Positions 29,655-43,463 of a DNA stretch of 64,000 nucleotides are shown piece after piece. Both the position numbers and the translations under genes were made by a program. A model generated the notes under the pieces. The model was not told where the DNA came from. It worked only from the letters and a program-made list of their open reading frames with translations, and made no database searches. Origin of the DNA: Antedon mediterranea (lineage: Eukaryota > Animalia > Echinodermata); the NCBI RefSeq assembly GCF_964355755.1, contig NC_092677.1:8454101-8518100 (forward strand), in the 5' to 3' direction. The first letter of the stretch is position 1. The number at the start of each line of letters is the position of its first letter.

Positions 29655-29825
29655 ATACTTACCATGTATGACGCTTCTAAAGCTCTTTTTGCGCTGTTTT
29701 GTGGTCTAATAGTAGACTAATATACTGTACTGGCACAACTTAAACGACAGCATCTGAGACACACGAAGATAGCATCGTCGGGAAATTCCAACATACAGAA
29801 ATCATGTGACTTAGTACGTCATAAT
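29655..29825 (-). promoter_or_regulatory. Putative promoter/non-coding exon 1 of B, with NF-kB site
   Basis: GGGAAATTCC at 29780-29789, donor ATG|GTAAGT at ~29661, and a second kB-like site GGGGAATTTCC at 29318-29328. Confidence 0.55.
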
Positions 29826-31723
29826 ACGATTTTGCAAGACAAGCGAAGTAAAATTGATGCGTAACGACCAGGATAATATATAAATGTACTGTATATGAAT
29901 GCCAAACGGCAGGCAAATCTCGACTGATCTCTTATAATATTCGCTATCCAGTAAAACTGTTCTATTTATAACCATTCGGATAGCTTGTTATCAACACAAT
30001 GATACTAATGATCTTCCTGTTATTATTGATTATATTTGAAATAAAATCATTTAAAAGTAAAATTAGGCTACAATATGCGGAATAAGATTATTATTGAACA
30101 GTTGTTGAACTCTCAACTGTCATTGTGTTGATCAATCGAAAGTCATCATTTAACAATTATTGTTTATTTTACAACAACTGGTACGTAACCGTAACAATAG
30201 GCCTACGGTAACATAATCGATGAGAATATTACACACAGTATAAATGTTATCGTTGATGTCAGTACAAACATGTCGTCGAGTTTCTGCTGATCACTAATGT
30301 AATGCTCACATGGATAGACCTACACCCCGTCAACCAAACATTTGTGTTTACACACACACAATTTGAAGCTTCATTAGTTAAATTGAGTAACAACCGACTA
30401 ATATAAGTTAATAACTATTAACAGACATAAAACAAGTAGAAGATCACCTCTATTATATTCTTTAATATCTCCAAACATAATAAATCAACATACAAAGTAA
30501 CATCAGTAGACCTAATTTATATCCGTTGTAAACTACCATTAATTTTGTTATTTTAATCAGTATTATAATAATCTGAAGTAAAGTTAGATTTTTACAAATT
30601 ATAAAATATCAAACGTGAAAAAAAACACCAAAAATCGTATCACAAAAAAATTGATGTAGTCTGTAAATGATGCATCAATCTAAAATATTTGTGTTTTTCT
30701 TTTAACAGCCATAGCCATTTTAAAAAATTGCAAGCTAGCTACATTTTATAATTCTACTACCAAATATCATTTTCTAGATAGTTTAACGTTTAAAAGTCTA
30801 ATAAGTAATTCTGTTTGAGATATTTGATATGATACACTCAATACATCACAAGTGGAATCTAGTATCTTGGTAAACTTTAAGCTAGGTTAAAAGTGTTTTA
30901 TTTTATCCATGACATTTGTATGTTTTTTTTTTCATTTTCGTAAAATCAGGTTACTTATAAGAATTTATTAGTAATAAAGGAAATAAAGGGTATAATAGAA
31001 AATACCCCTCCTCCAATGGACAATCTATGATGGAAGATTTGATTTATACGGTTTATGTACAACTAACATCATGATTACTACCACTAAGCAAATAGAAGAG
31101 AAACAGGATTTAAATAATCGTAAAATACTAAAGGATATCAATTTAAACACCCAACACAAAACGTAATCCTATAATTATTAAAACCATTACGCTCTTTACT
31201 CAATACTAACAAGAACAAATTCATTATGCCAGAAATTAATATTATGTATGATTAATTTAAATATCACTATTTATTTATTTTATTCCGAATCTGTATATAA
31301 ACTGCAAAAAACAACAAATTCAGGATGACCCTAATAATCCTTACAGAGAAGAATTAATTTTCACTGAGGTCCTAATGAACTGAATACATATTGTAGACTA
31401 ATTATCGATTGAATTATTGTATAGCATTGATATACTAACGTGCAGAAAACAATAAAATCGTTGTGTCTTATGACTGTTACTGATGTTCTTATTGATCATG
31501 ACGTTGTTTGATTGGACTTGGTATATTATTATTTCCATCGAAGTCAGTATAGATGGATCTCATAGTTTTAGTATGAACACTTTTTTTCTGTAACTATCGT
31601 TCATCAGTTATTAAAAAATATTGTCAAATCTATAATTTTCTAAATTGGTTTGTTCGCGCCATCCATTTCACGGGCTAGTGTGTTATCATCTCGAAGGCGA
31701 TGTTGTGCTCCTCCAATCTTGGA

Positions 31724-34700
31724 TCAACATTCTGGGCACTTGCTTTCCATCGTGGCACCACCGCAGTCACCTATTGCATATATGTGTCCTTTTGGGCATA
31801 TTCCGGGAATAATACAGCCGCATTTCTCTCGTATTTTCTTCAAGCAAAAATCTACGGTCTTTATATCATCTTCTTTTAGAGGCTTCACGCCAGCGACTCG
31901 TTTTTTAACCATTGATAAATAATCCACTAATCCATCTTTGCTAATTTTAGAAGTATGTAGTATGCTTTTAAGTACATATAATTCCATAAAGTATTTGATA
32001 CGTTGAAGCTCTAGCGATATATCTTCAAAAAGTTGTTCATTAAACCGATTTCTTGGTTTAAGGATCCATTGTTTGCAGGTTTCAAGTTCTTTCTTTATCT
32101 TTGTCTCAATGTTCAAATATCCTGAATAAATTTTGCCATTACCTGCTTTTGAAATCTTTTCTAACTCCAAGAGAAACTGTACTTTGTTCTTCATATCAGT
32201 AACGTGATCCGGTGTCTTCAATGTTTTGAGTTCAGTACTAAGAAATCTACGCGACTCTGTGTCAAATACTCTTGAAATTTTAATTTCCAGCCTTCTTTTA
32301 TCCAAATCTATTAGATGTTTATCTCCATTAATTTTTGCCTTTACACGTTCCATGTCCATTTGTAATTGTTTTATGATATTGCCATACCGCAGATTCCTTC
32401 TAATTGGTGTTTTACACACTGGACAAAGTTTTGGCTTGGCATGGTTTTGTTGTTCGTCTTTATCATCCATCCATGTATCTAGTGCTTCTGATTCTATAAC
32501 GTGACCACAGTCTTCCAACTCAATAAATCTTGCATCAGGCTCATCTTCGTTACCAAACATTATAGTGGTTAACTCTGTTCTATCGCATATCCGACACTTC
32601 TTGGGACACGGCGCACCGCAAAGACCAACACATGCATGACCACATTTTATAAGCTTCTTACATGGTTCATTGCACCTATCTCGACAGCAGAGTTGCCCAC
32701 ATTGTCTTTTACAAGTTTGATGTTCGCATTGCCATTCACACGGCATTGTACAAGGTGTACACTCTTCTCCACATTTCATAGGACATTTGCTATGAACACA
32801 TCGGTTTTCACATGGTTTACTACAGGGTGGACAATTTCGTGTGCATGGTTCAAGACATTCGTGTCCACAAACCAAAGTCCTGCCACATTTCGACCGACAC
32901 TGTTGATGAAGACGACCATTTTTACAATCTCCACATTTTCCTTCACATGTATGGTCACATTTCAAAGAGAATCCACATGGGTGAAAACATTTTAACGGAT
33001 CATCTACATAGCATTTGTATTTGCCCTTATGCCCACAAGGCCATAGTTTACTGACAATCTTTTGACACCTACTTGTACATGGCTGGCTGCATCTTTCATT
33101 ACAGGCATGTCCACACTCTAATTTCTTTGGACAAGCTGACAAACAAGCGACTGTAGACACATCCTTGAAGCAGGGTACCTTCTGATTGTGCCCACAAGGT
33201 AAACATTTTGTCACTGAAACTTTGCATTCCTTCTCACACTCCTGAAAACATTTAAGTCTACAAGGATGTCCCATAGGGCATGTGGCTCTGACACAGGCCT
33301 CACGGCAAATAACTATTTTGTGTTCGGGGTCATATGGGTGGCAGGGCAGCTTACAGACGTGTCCGCATTTAAGTCTGCTAATACAAGGTACGTTGCAACC
33401 TCCTTCTGGGCATTTAGTGAAGTCACTTAACTCACGTATTTCTACGCTTGTGTTTGTGTGGTTTTGACAACACAGTCGAATAGTTGGTCCAAGCAATTTT
33501 TTTTGTCGAAGTTCTTTGACAATTTTGTTCCAGTTTTCATCTTGGGCAGCAAGAAGTTTCATATTTCCGATGCAAAACAATCCTTTCTTTGCTCTCGATA
33601 ATGCTACACACATCCTAGTCTTTTCTTTAAGAAAGCCAATTGAAAGAAGAATTATCTCATTTTCTAAGCCTTGATAGCTATCAACGACGCAGACGCGAAC
33701 GCCCTTGAAAATGTTTGACTTCATTATTTTCTTGAACTTAAAGAGTTGATCCGTGCAGGTTATAAGGATTGTAATCTCTGATGGTTCGTAGCCTTGTTGA
33801 ATAAGGTACTTACAAAGATTTACCAAGAACTCAGCTTCAAAAATATTTGATTTACTAAGAGTTTCGTTGACTGCAGTTTCAAGCTGATTATGTTCAATAA
33901 AGAACATATTATTTGACACACCTTTAATATTACCATACTGAAGGACATTTGGGGCATCTAGAAGGCCAGTGTAAAAATAATTCTTCATAATTGATGATAT
34001 TTCTGGTCTCATTCTATGTTGAATATTTAACCTCTGACAATCCATACCGTTCTTTACCATCCTTTCGAAAAGAGAGATCTCTAACTTGAACTCTTTGGCA
34101 AGATTATACACCGTTGGATTAGGTCTCAGTTGCTGGTGATCCCCAATTAATATAAGGTGTTCACAACCTTCAGTCAGACTTGACACTATATGAGCTTCTA
34201 GCACTTCTGCGGCCTCTTCTACAATGACGATCTTTGCCTGAATTCTTTGAAGCATATTTCTACATCGTGCCGCTCCAGTAGTGGTCATACCAATTACCTT
34301 AGCATCTCGCATCAAACGAAGATCCTCCTCTAATCCGATTTCTTGAAGTTGTTTTCCTAACGCATCATAATTGGCTTGATTTTGAAATAGCGTCTGACGT
34401 TCGTAGTTACAGTATTTCGATATCCAAAATCGGTATAGACGCCAACGATCATTCAGTTTGAGATTCCATATGTTACCAACTCTAGCAGCTTCAATATCTC
34501 TCATTTTGTCAGAACTAAGCAGTTGTTTTTTTAGGTATCGTGATCTCCTCTTTTTATTTCCTGCTAATTGAAAGCCATCTTCATCTGCAACCTGTTTCAG
34601 TGGGTCGTACGCAAGTTGACGTCTAACAGTTTTCTTTATTCTATCGATTTCCTTCACATTTACTTTTTCACCTGTTATGTCATCGTCGACATCAACGATT

Positions 34701-37527
34701 CTTTGTTCGGTTAACAAATCTGCCTCTTCCGCAATATCCATTTCTTCGTTTTCTTCTTCTGTGGGTTCTTCGTCCGGATCGTGTACAATGTTTTGAATGT
34801 CATCAACAACTATGTCAGAAGCTATATTATTCCCTGCCAATCTTAACCAAACCACCACTACATTGTCACTGTTTACTTCAAACTGCGTCAATGATTCGTA
34901 ATGATCATCTGACATCCATGTTTCTAGGTAGATTTCACCGATAACACCAGTTGTTGTCACTTTTATTCTTTCCTCTGCTAGATTCATAACATCTCGTAAT
35001 GCATGCATATCTCGAAGAATATCTCTTTTTCTATTAAGTATGGATATGGGTAATTCTTTTCGCTCTCTTGCTTTTTTTCGAAGCTGAGTTAGATTGAAGC
35101 TTTTCAAAGTTTCACTATTACTTCTTCCACCAACCCGTACTATATCCGTTGGTTGAAATGAGTGTATGCCTTCAAGAAATTGATCAAGCGCATGGTTTGT
35201 GAAGCAGACTACGAATATAGGGCTGTGTTTTACTCTAGCATGAGCAGCGTCAATCGTCCAACATTCACTGTTATAAAGCAATGCATGCACAATCTTTAAC
35301 CCTATGTAGGTTTTACCAGTTCCAGGTGGACCTTGGATGACTGCAAACTCTTTCGTCAACGCTGTCCTAACAGCGTCAAATTGCGATTTATCGAGTTGAA
35401 GGGCCGTGGCTGTTGGCCAAGAATTATCAGCTATTCTTACAAGAAGTTTTGTAGTTCCGTCAACCAACGGTGATAGGTCATATGTCATAGTCCTGTTATG
35501 ACGTAGATACGATGGGGCATCGACTTCGTGGCGGGCTTCAATTATGTAGCTTCTCATCGGCATGCTTGTTTCTGTAATTTCCTGCAAACTGTGTAGTACG
35601 TGTCGGTAAGCTTCGAAGAAGGAAGACGTTTCAACCATGGTATAATGCCGTTCGATTAAGCCAAAGTCAACGTCGTTTTCAAATTTGATATCTAAGAAAC
35701 CATTTTCAAGATGCTTTACTTCTCTATTTGCCACAGTAGCGAAACAAACTGTCTGGAAATCGTCTGGAGACAGGCATACAAGTGACCCATAAATCAAGCA
35801 CATTGTGGATTCCCATGAAACTCCCTTTAAGCGTGACACATTAAAGTGTACTCGGTATAAAATACAGTCATGTGAACACACTGGATACTCGATAGTTACG
35901 TCATTATACACCCAAAGGTCAGTTATTCTTCTATGTTTGTCGTCTTTGTGTTGTAGGTATTCTCTGATGCCTTCTCGAAGTGGTCTCACCAAGTCCTCTC
36001 GAAGTAATCGGAACTGGACATCTAGGTAATGATCCACGTTATCGTAACTACCGTCAAGTTTATTGCGTCGCAAATAAGGTCTTCGGTCTGCAGTTAGATC
36101 ATTTAGTGTAGGAAATATTGATATTGCCCGGAAGTCGTCTGGTGGAGGGGTTTCTTCGTCCACATTGACCTTTTTTCTGCGTACACTCTTTACATTTTCT
36201 TCTTGAGTATTTTCAACAGCCTGAAAAAACTCATCCAACGCTTTGTAACGCTCTAAAAAACACTCACCGATTAATCCTTCTCCAACTAACTCATCAATAG
36301 TTATTTTTATCAGAATTAATGAAGCTTTAAGCTCATGTGTAGAGCTTGGACGTTTTTCAACCAGTGTCCAAATTACAGTAATGATATCCTGTATTTCTAC
36401 TTCGTATTTCACCCTATCACTCCTTTCATTCTTTAGTGACATAATATGATGACTCATAACATATTTAATAAATGAAGATGTTTGAAGTGTACCTAAAAAT
36501 AAATTCAACGAGGCTTTAGAAGTTGTACACTTGCACGCATTAACAATGGCGCGTAAAATTAAGACGCGTATATCTCTACGAATGTTATCCTTATTTAGAA
36601 GTTTCTGGAAGCCAAAACCGGTCTCTAGAACCTGCATAAGAATTTCTTCTTTTTCTTTACTCAGCAGTTCTTCTAGTCGTTTATAACCTATTAAAAAAAG
36701 TGTTGTTCAAGTATACATTTAATAATAGAGTCTTTTGAATTAATGCTTCTGCATTGGAGACGAACGAAACAAACAAACGAGAAATTTGTCTTTTTTGTTG
36801 ATCCAATAGATCGAAAGTACTAAAAATTGTACTTGATCGTGTTGTATAAAACATATGAGCAATATAATCTATTATGTAATGTATACAGTTTCTACTTTCG
36901 TTTATATACATTTCTTTTGAGATTACAATTTAGTAGTAGGAATATAGGTAACTTTTTAAAAAAAATTCCAAAATGAATGTAGGCCTACGAATATAATTAA
37001 TAGAAAAAAAAACCTGTTGGCCTTATTTCTCTCTTTGGTCGTGCGCCCCTTCCAAAACTATCATGGCCTGGATTGCCACCACCACCGTAACTGTCATGTT
37101 GACTCACGGATCTGCAATAATCAACACTTTTATTTTTCAATTGAAGCAAAATCTATTTTACTCATTCATTCATTCTTGATTTCAGATAAATACTCATAGA
37201 GAGATTCTTGGTCCTGAATTATTTAACATTGGAAGGTTTGGAATTGTAGAATGGCTATACGGTAGTAAATTAAACTATATTTTGGTTAGGTTAGTACGGT
37301 ACTAAATAAATTTCTTCCCAATGTATTATTATTACTAAATTTATATCTTGTGCAATCATCATGCAAATAATAGTGCTTGTATCAACATCATAAATCAGAG
37401 GACTATCTTTAGAATTGTATAAGTACCTTTCTATTGATCTATGTGACGCACTTCTACCTTCACCTCCTCGACCACCACCGCGCTGACGTCGTCCACGGTA
37501 TCTATGTTGTCGGGACTGATCAGCCAT
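31724..37527 (-). CDS. ZNFX1: ZNFX1-like paralogue C (~1720 aa), lesioned and possibly a pseudogene. Exons 37527-37427, 37111-37014, 36687-31724
   Basis: Highly similar to D and E but lacks LVRSNAAGK and SDDERVQIVKAMGLSKGHWFK, has DSYQGLE and ITCTDQ variants, and has TGA (for GGA) after CPEC. Spliced length 5163 nt is in frame. Confidence 0.75.
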
Positions 37528-38650
37528 TGTATGCCCATTTACCACCAGACTACAACATCAAAATCATGTTTTTATATTTTATTTCAATTTAACTGAGCAG
37601 TGATAATTAGGACTTTTATAATTTAAAGCAAAATTAGGTAACACATTAATTCACAAAACACCTAGACGATTACTATATTCCAATAACAAATGATATAAAG
37701 TATACTAAATTTATAATGTGTGGGCAAACATCCCAAGAAGAAGGAAAAAAAACACTTTAAATTAAATAGTTAGGTATAGAGTGGAAGAATGCAAGGTCAG
37801 CCTAGGACCTCCATTTGAAGTAGATATTAGATTTACAAATCTGAGATTTTTTTCATTTGTCATCTTACTGATGACGTCATAAAGAAACACATTCATGTTA
37901 GTCACAAAACTCCGATAGTTTTCGATATCAACTTTTGATGTAGTATACTGTAGGCTAGTATGTATAAGCCTTTGTATTAGGGCCTATGTCTAAATATGCC
38001 CGTCAGCCTATTTAGCTATCTAAGTAGGCTTATTTATTAAATTGGTAGTGATGTTGCGTTATGAAGTAAAATCATGGTAAACACATTTTCTTATTAATGA
38101 ATAATCAACTTTCAAATATTTCAACTGCAACACAAAGCAATCAAATAGTAGCATGAGGTCGTCCGAACTGTAAGTTATAGGATATTCTCCACTTATTTTG
38201 AGGTATGTACAACAGTTACAGATCAATAGACATATACACTGCATTGACAATTGGTCTATACAAAGGTAGCTGTTAAAAAGGCATAATAGGTTTGATATGC
38301 CTATGTTTGTTTTCTGAAAAGCTTGACGTCGTTTATATGTTTGGTTGATAGCAAGGTACTACGCACGTGAGGCATGCTGGAAATGAAGACAATGCACAGG
38401 GATATTTTTGATAAATGGGGCAGCGGGGCATGATTTTACCATTCAAAATGGTAGAAATCACTTGACTATTTCCCAAACGTCAAGGAAATGTATTAAAATA
38501 CAAATAATGAAAATAAATGTAGAAAATAATATATTGTGCGGTTTAGGCCAACCTAATTTAAATAACTGTATAACATAGTACGGTATTTTTTTTTACAGAG
38601 GCCTGTTTATTTCTTACCAAATATAAGATCGGGAAAGTATTGCATATACA

Positions 38651-38738
38651 TGGCCGCAGTCGCGTGCTCAAGATAGTGTTAACCGATCGACCGACCGACC
38701 GACATAGTGAGCTGTAGAGTCGCGTTGCACGCGACTAA
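38651..38738. mobile_element. Short Helentron/HINE-like insertion
   Basis: AGTCGCGTGC subterminal repeat, (CCGA)n tract and hairpin AGTCGCGTTGCACGCGACT. Absent from the paralogous site at ~28715. Confidence 0.5.
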
Positions 38739-39615
38739 TATATAATATGAAAAATTATTTGGTACTACGAAGTTGTAATTAGTCAATCAAGACAATCAAT
38801 CGCCACAATGATATTCGCGCATTTTGATTTCGGAATAAATAATTTGTTCCATCTTATTAGGAATCATAATAATTTGTGTGGCATGATTTTATATCTGTCC
38901 GCTAACTGAAGATGACAAGCTTGTGCTTTTTACAATGTTGAATAGACTGAATGAATTTTCTGCGCTCGTGTAATAATTTTATCAAGTTAATTGATTACTA
39001 TAGCAAACCATTTTACACTTTTTCATGCCCGACACAACCAAGCATTACCCGATTCTCCACAATATTTTCCGAGTATCATTTGGTAATACAGCGTCTCATG
39101 TGTATCACATGCGGTGCCTGTATCATGTAAGGTTATATTTAGGATTAAGTGATGGCATATGATACTAGGGATACTTTCATGTGAAACACATTTGATGTAA
39201 TTCCAAATATTCTATAATAATGGAGAAATCTAAATACAGTGCCTACCGAGAATTCATCATTATTCATACACATTGGTGGACATTATCTGGGGAATTTCCG
39301 CGTGGAATTAATAAAGTTAGGTTGCACAACATCAGATATGCTGTTTGTTTTGTCTATGTTCTGTTTTAAAAAAACATAACTCGTTCACCTCAAACAACTC
39401 ACCTACTACACACGACATTCGTATAAGGTTCATAATAATATTTCATAGATACTGTATATACTTCCGTGTTCAGTTGATCTATGCATATTATTGTACGTCT
39501 ATCCACAGGCCATATTAATAAGCAATGAATATACTTACCATGACGCTGCTAAAGCTCTTTTTGCGCTGTTTTGTGGTCTAATAGTAGAATAATATACTGT
39601 ACTGGCACACCTTAA

Positions 39616-41390
39616 AGGAGGTTTCCGGGTTTAAAATGAATTGTAAAAAATGTAAAATATATTTGTTTGTCTCTTGAACGGTAAAAGTTTCAATTTATAT
39701 AAGCGCCCAGTGAAGCAGAACGAAGGCTGTGAAATGAGGCCAGATTACAAGTGCAGCTACGGCGATATGACACTGTGTTACAGGAAATTCGTGAAATAGT
39801 CAATCTTCCGACGACTCGTTATCATTAATCATATCAATTACTTTTGTAAAATTATACTTATCTGATGTAATTTTAGTCGGTCTTCCCATTTATAAAGTCA
39901 ATTTTCTATGAAAATTCATCAAAACAGTGAAAAATTAGATATGTTTGCACTTTACGTTTGCCGATTTTCGCACTGACTTAGGGAAAGCCTTCAAATTCAA
40001 TGAAGCGTAACGTATACATTCCTGCTCAGGAAGAGCGAGACGACGATACATCCGTGCTCTCTCTGCCCATGCCTGGCAGCGGCATCGTCACGTGATAAGC
40101 AGATACAGTATACAATACCAAACTGGTCGGGTCGAGTATACCCCGTGTGGAGCCGTGAAATGTGCAAAAAGTCACATTTGTGCAAACAACCACATTTGTG
40201 CAAACATTTTACCTTCAAATGTGCAAACAACAACCACATTTGTGCAAACATTTTACCTTCAAATGTGCAAATCTGTAAACATTCATTAACCGCAAATGTG
40301 CAAACATCACGCCGTTAAATGTAAAAACGGTCAGTTTTGACGTTAAATGTGCAAAAGGTAGGCCTATTCTACAAATGTGCAAATCATTTATTCAGTCAAA
40401 TTCCTATTACACTTTATATTTTTGGTTCGTAGGTCTTTCAGAGTAGAAATAACAATAGGAAAAAGAGTCTAATAAATTTAAAATGCTCAATATCATAATA
40501 ACTAATTATACTGTTGTATTTTATTATGATCAAAGGCTTTAACCCGTCTAAGTCAACTCGCCCTGAAGTCAACTCGGCCTCACGTCAACTAGGCCACCTT
40601 AAAGTATGAAACGCAAAAGTGCAAATGAATGGGACAAAATAAGTCTAATGAACAGAAGAAAAATAATAAAAACGAAGTACGCATGTTATAGGGATGAATA
40701 TTATAATGAATGTGAATGTTAGTTGACCCCTCCATGGTTGACCGATTAGTTTTTGGCCGAGTTGACGTGAGGCCGAGTTGACTTGAGGCCGAGTTGACTT
40801 CAGGGCGAGTTGACTTGGGGCCGACTTGAATTTAGCCGAGGCGATTTAGAGCCTTTGATTATAATAAAATACAACAGTATAATTAGTTATGATATTGAAC
40901 ATTTTTAGGCCTAACCTAGTACGTGATTCGAAGCCGATAATAATAACTGTCTGTACTATTGGAGGTATAAAAATAGTATATAATTTATGACTCCGTAATC
41001 TGTACTAAATTTTGTATTTTATTAAATGTCAAATAAATGCTACTACTGTTATTATTACACTTTAGGCCTAGCTTAGAAAATCTACAAAAAAAATATATTT
41101 CACAATGATCGGGTGGTCGTCGTTTGACAGGGGAGAGATGTAAATTAGTTGACGTCGCGAGTTTGGAATCCACTGATGACGTGTTTTGTGAATATCTCAT
41201 GAATATTAATGAGCTTTCCTAGCTGCTGAAAAACAGACTTTCCATGAATTTACCCTAAAATGTATATGAAATTTAATTTTTTAAATTTCTAGTTATTACT
41301 TCTTCATTCTGACATGTCTATATTGTTATAATATTTTTTATTTAATAAATGAACGATATTTAAAAGCAATTTTAAACCCAGAATCCCCCT
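39616..41390. mobile_element. Kolobok-like non-autonomous DNA transposon in the promoter/exon 1 upstream of C
   Basis: TTAA TSD at 39612-39615 and 41391-41394. 22-bp TIRs with 3 mismatches and AG termini. Empty site at ~29740. Confidence 0.85.
40481..40905. mobile_element. Nested foldback/MITE with ~60-bp outer arms and inverted 15-bp repeats
   Basis: taactaattatactgttgtattttattat and its reverse complement; (GTCAACTCGGCCTCA)n facing (TGAGGCCGAGTTGAC)n. Confidence 0.75.
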
Positions 41391-41430
41391 TTAAACGACA
41401 GCATCTGAGACACACGAAGATAGCATCGTC

Positions 41431-41440
41431 GGGAAATTCC
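41431..41440. promoter_or_regulatory. NF-kB consensus site in the B-type promoter copy upstream of C
   Basis: GGGAAATTCC, paralogous to 29780-29789. Confidence 0.5.
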
Positions 41441-43279
41441 AATATTAAAAAATCATGTAACTTAGTACGTCATAATACGATTTTGCAAGACAAGCGAAGT
41501 AATTAAATTGATGCGTAACGACCAGGAACATAATATGCAAATATACTGTATATATGAATGCCAACCGGCAGGCAAATCTCGACTGATCTCTTATAATAAT
41601 TATTCGCTATCCTGTAAAAGTGTTCTATTTATAACCATTCGGGATAGCTTGTTAATAATCTCCCTGTTATTACTGATTATATTTGAAATAAAAATATTTA
41701 AAAGTAAAATTAGGCTACAATATGCGGAATAAGAATATTATTGAACAGTTGTTGAACTCTCATCTGTCATGGCGTTGATCAATCGAAAGTCATCATTTAA
41801 CAATTATTGTTTATTTTACAACTGGTACGTAACCGTAACAATAGGCCTATGGTAACATAATCAATGAGAATATTGCACACAGCATAAATGTTATCGTTGA
41901 TGTCAGTACAAACATGTCGTCGATTTTCTGCTGATCACTAATGTAATGCACACATGGATAGACATACACACCGTCAACCAAACATTTGTGTTTACACCCA
42001 CACAACTTGAAGCTTCATTAGTTAAATTGAATAACAACCGACTAATATAAGTTAATAACTATTAACAGATATAAAACAACTTAAAGATCACCTCTATTAT
42101 ATTCTTTAATATCTTCAAACATAATAAATCAACATACATAGGAAAATCAGTAGACCTAATTTATATCCGTTGTAAACTACCATTAATTTTGTTATTTTAA
42201 TCAGTATAATAATCTGAAGTAAAGTTAGATTGTTAAATTATCAAATATCAAACGTGAAAAAAACACCAAAAATCGTATCACAAAAAAATTAATGTATTAA
42301 ATGATGCCTCAATCTAAATATTTCTGTTTTTCTTTTAACAGCCATAGCCATTTTAAAACATTGCAAGCTAGCTACATTTTATAATTCTACTACCAAATAT
42401 CATTTTTTAGATAGTTTAACGTTTAAAAGTCTAATAAGTAATTCTGTTTGAGATATTTGATATGATGCACTCAATACATTACAAGTGTGGAATCTTAGTA
42501 TCCTGGTAAACTTTAAGCTAGGTTAAAATTGTTATATTTTATCCATGAAATTTGTATGTTTTTTTTTCATTTTCGTAAAATCAGGTTACTAAGAATTTAT
42601 AGAATTTATTAGTAATAAAAGAAAAGAAAGGGTATAATTGAAAATACCCCTCCTCCAATGGACAAGCTATGATGGAAGATTTGATTTATACGGTTTATGT
42701 ACAACTAACATCATGATTACTACCACTAACCAAATAGAAGAGAAACAGGATTTAAATAATCGTAAAATACTATAGGATATCAATTTAAATTCCCAACACA
42801 AAACGTAATTCTATAATTATTAAAACCATTACGCTCTTTACTCAATACTAACAAGAACATAATTCATTATGCCAGAAATTATTATTATGTATGATTAATT
42901 TAAATATCACTATTTGTTTATTTTATTCCGAATCTGTATATAAACTGCAAAAACAACAAATTCTGGATGACCATAATAATCCTTACAGAGAAGAATTAAT
43001 TTTCACTGAGGTCCTAATTAATTGAATTATCATACATAATTGTAGACTAATTATCGATTGAATTATTGTATAGCATTGATATACTAACGTGCAGAAAACA
43101 ATAAAATCGTTGTGTCTTATGAATGTTATTGATGTTCTTATTGATCATGACGTCGTTTGATTGGACTTGGTATATTATTATTTCCATCGAAGTCAGTATA
43201 GATGGATCTCACTTCTTTTTCTATAATTATCGTCCATAATAAACGGACCTTAATCGTTTGAATCGTCTTCCATCAGTTA

Positions 43280-43412
43280 TTAAAACATATTGTCAAATCT
43301 ATAATTTTCTAATTGGTTTGTTCTGACCAAGCAGCATAAGAAGCGCCATCCATTTCACGGGCTACTGTGTTATCATCTCGAAGGCGATGTTGTGTTCCTC
43401 CAATCTAGGATC
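43280..43412 (-). pseudogene. Duplicate ZNFX1 C-terminus in the 3' flank of D
   Basis: GS*IGGTQHRLRDDNTVAREMDGASYAAWSEQTN*, offset 185 bp from the coding copy. Confidence 0.85.
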
Positions 43413-43463
43413 CACAAGTACAGTAATAGAACTAATTTAATATTCTTGGGTCAGTCTCAATTA

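Noticed and set aside
20626-31726. In-frame TGA codons in B and C as selenocysteine
   Set aside because: They align with Arg (CGA) and Gly (GGA), not Cys, and I recognised no SECIS.
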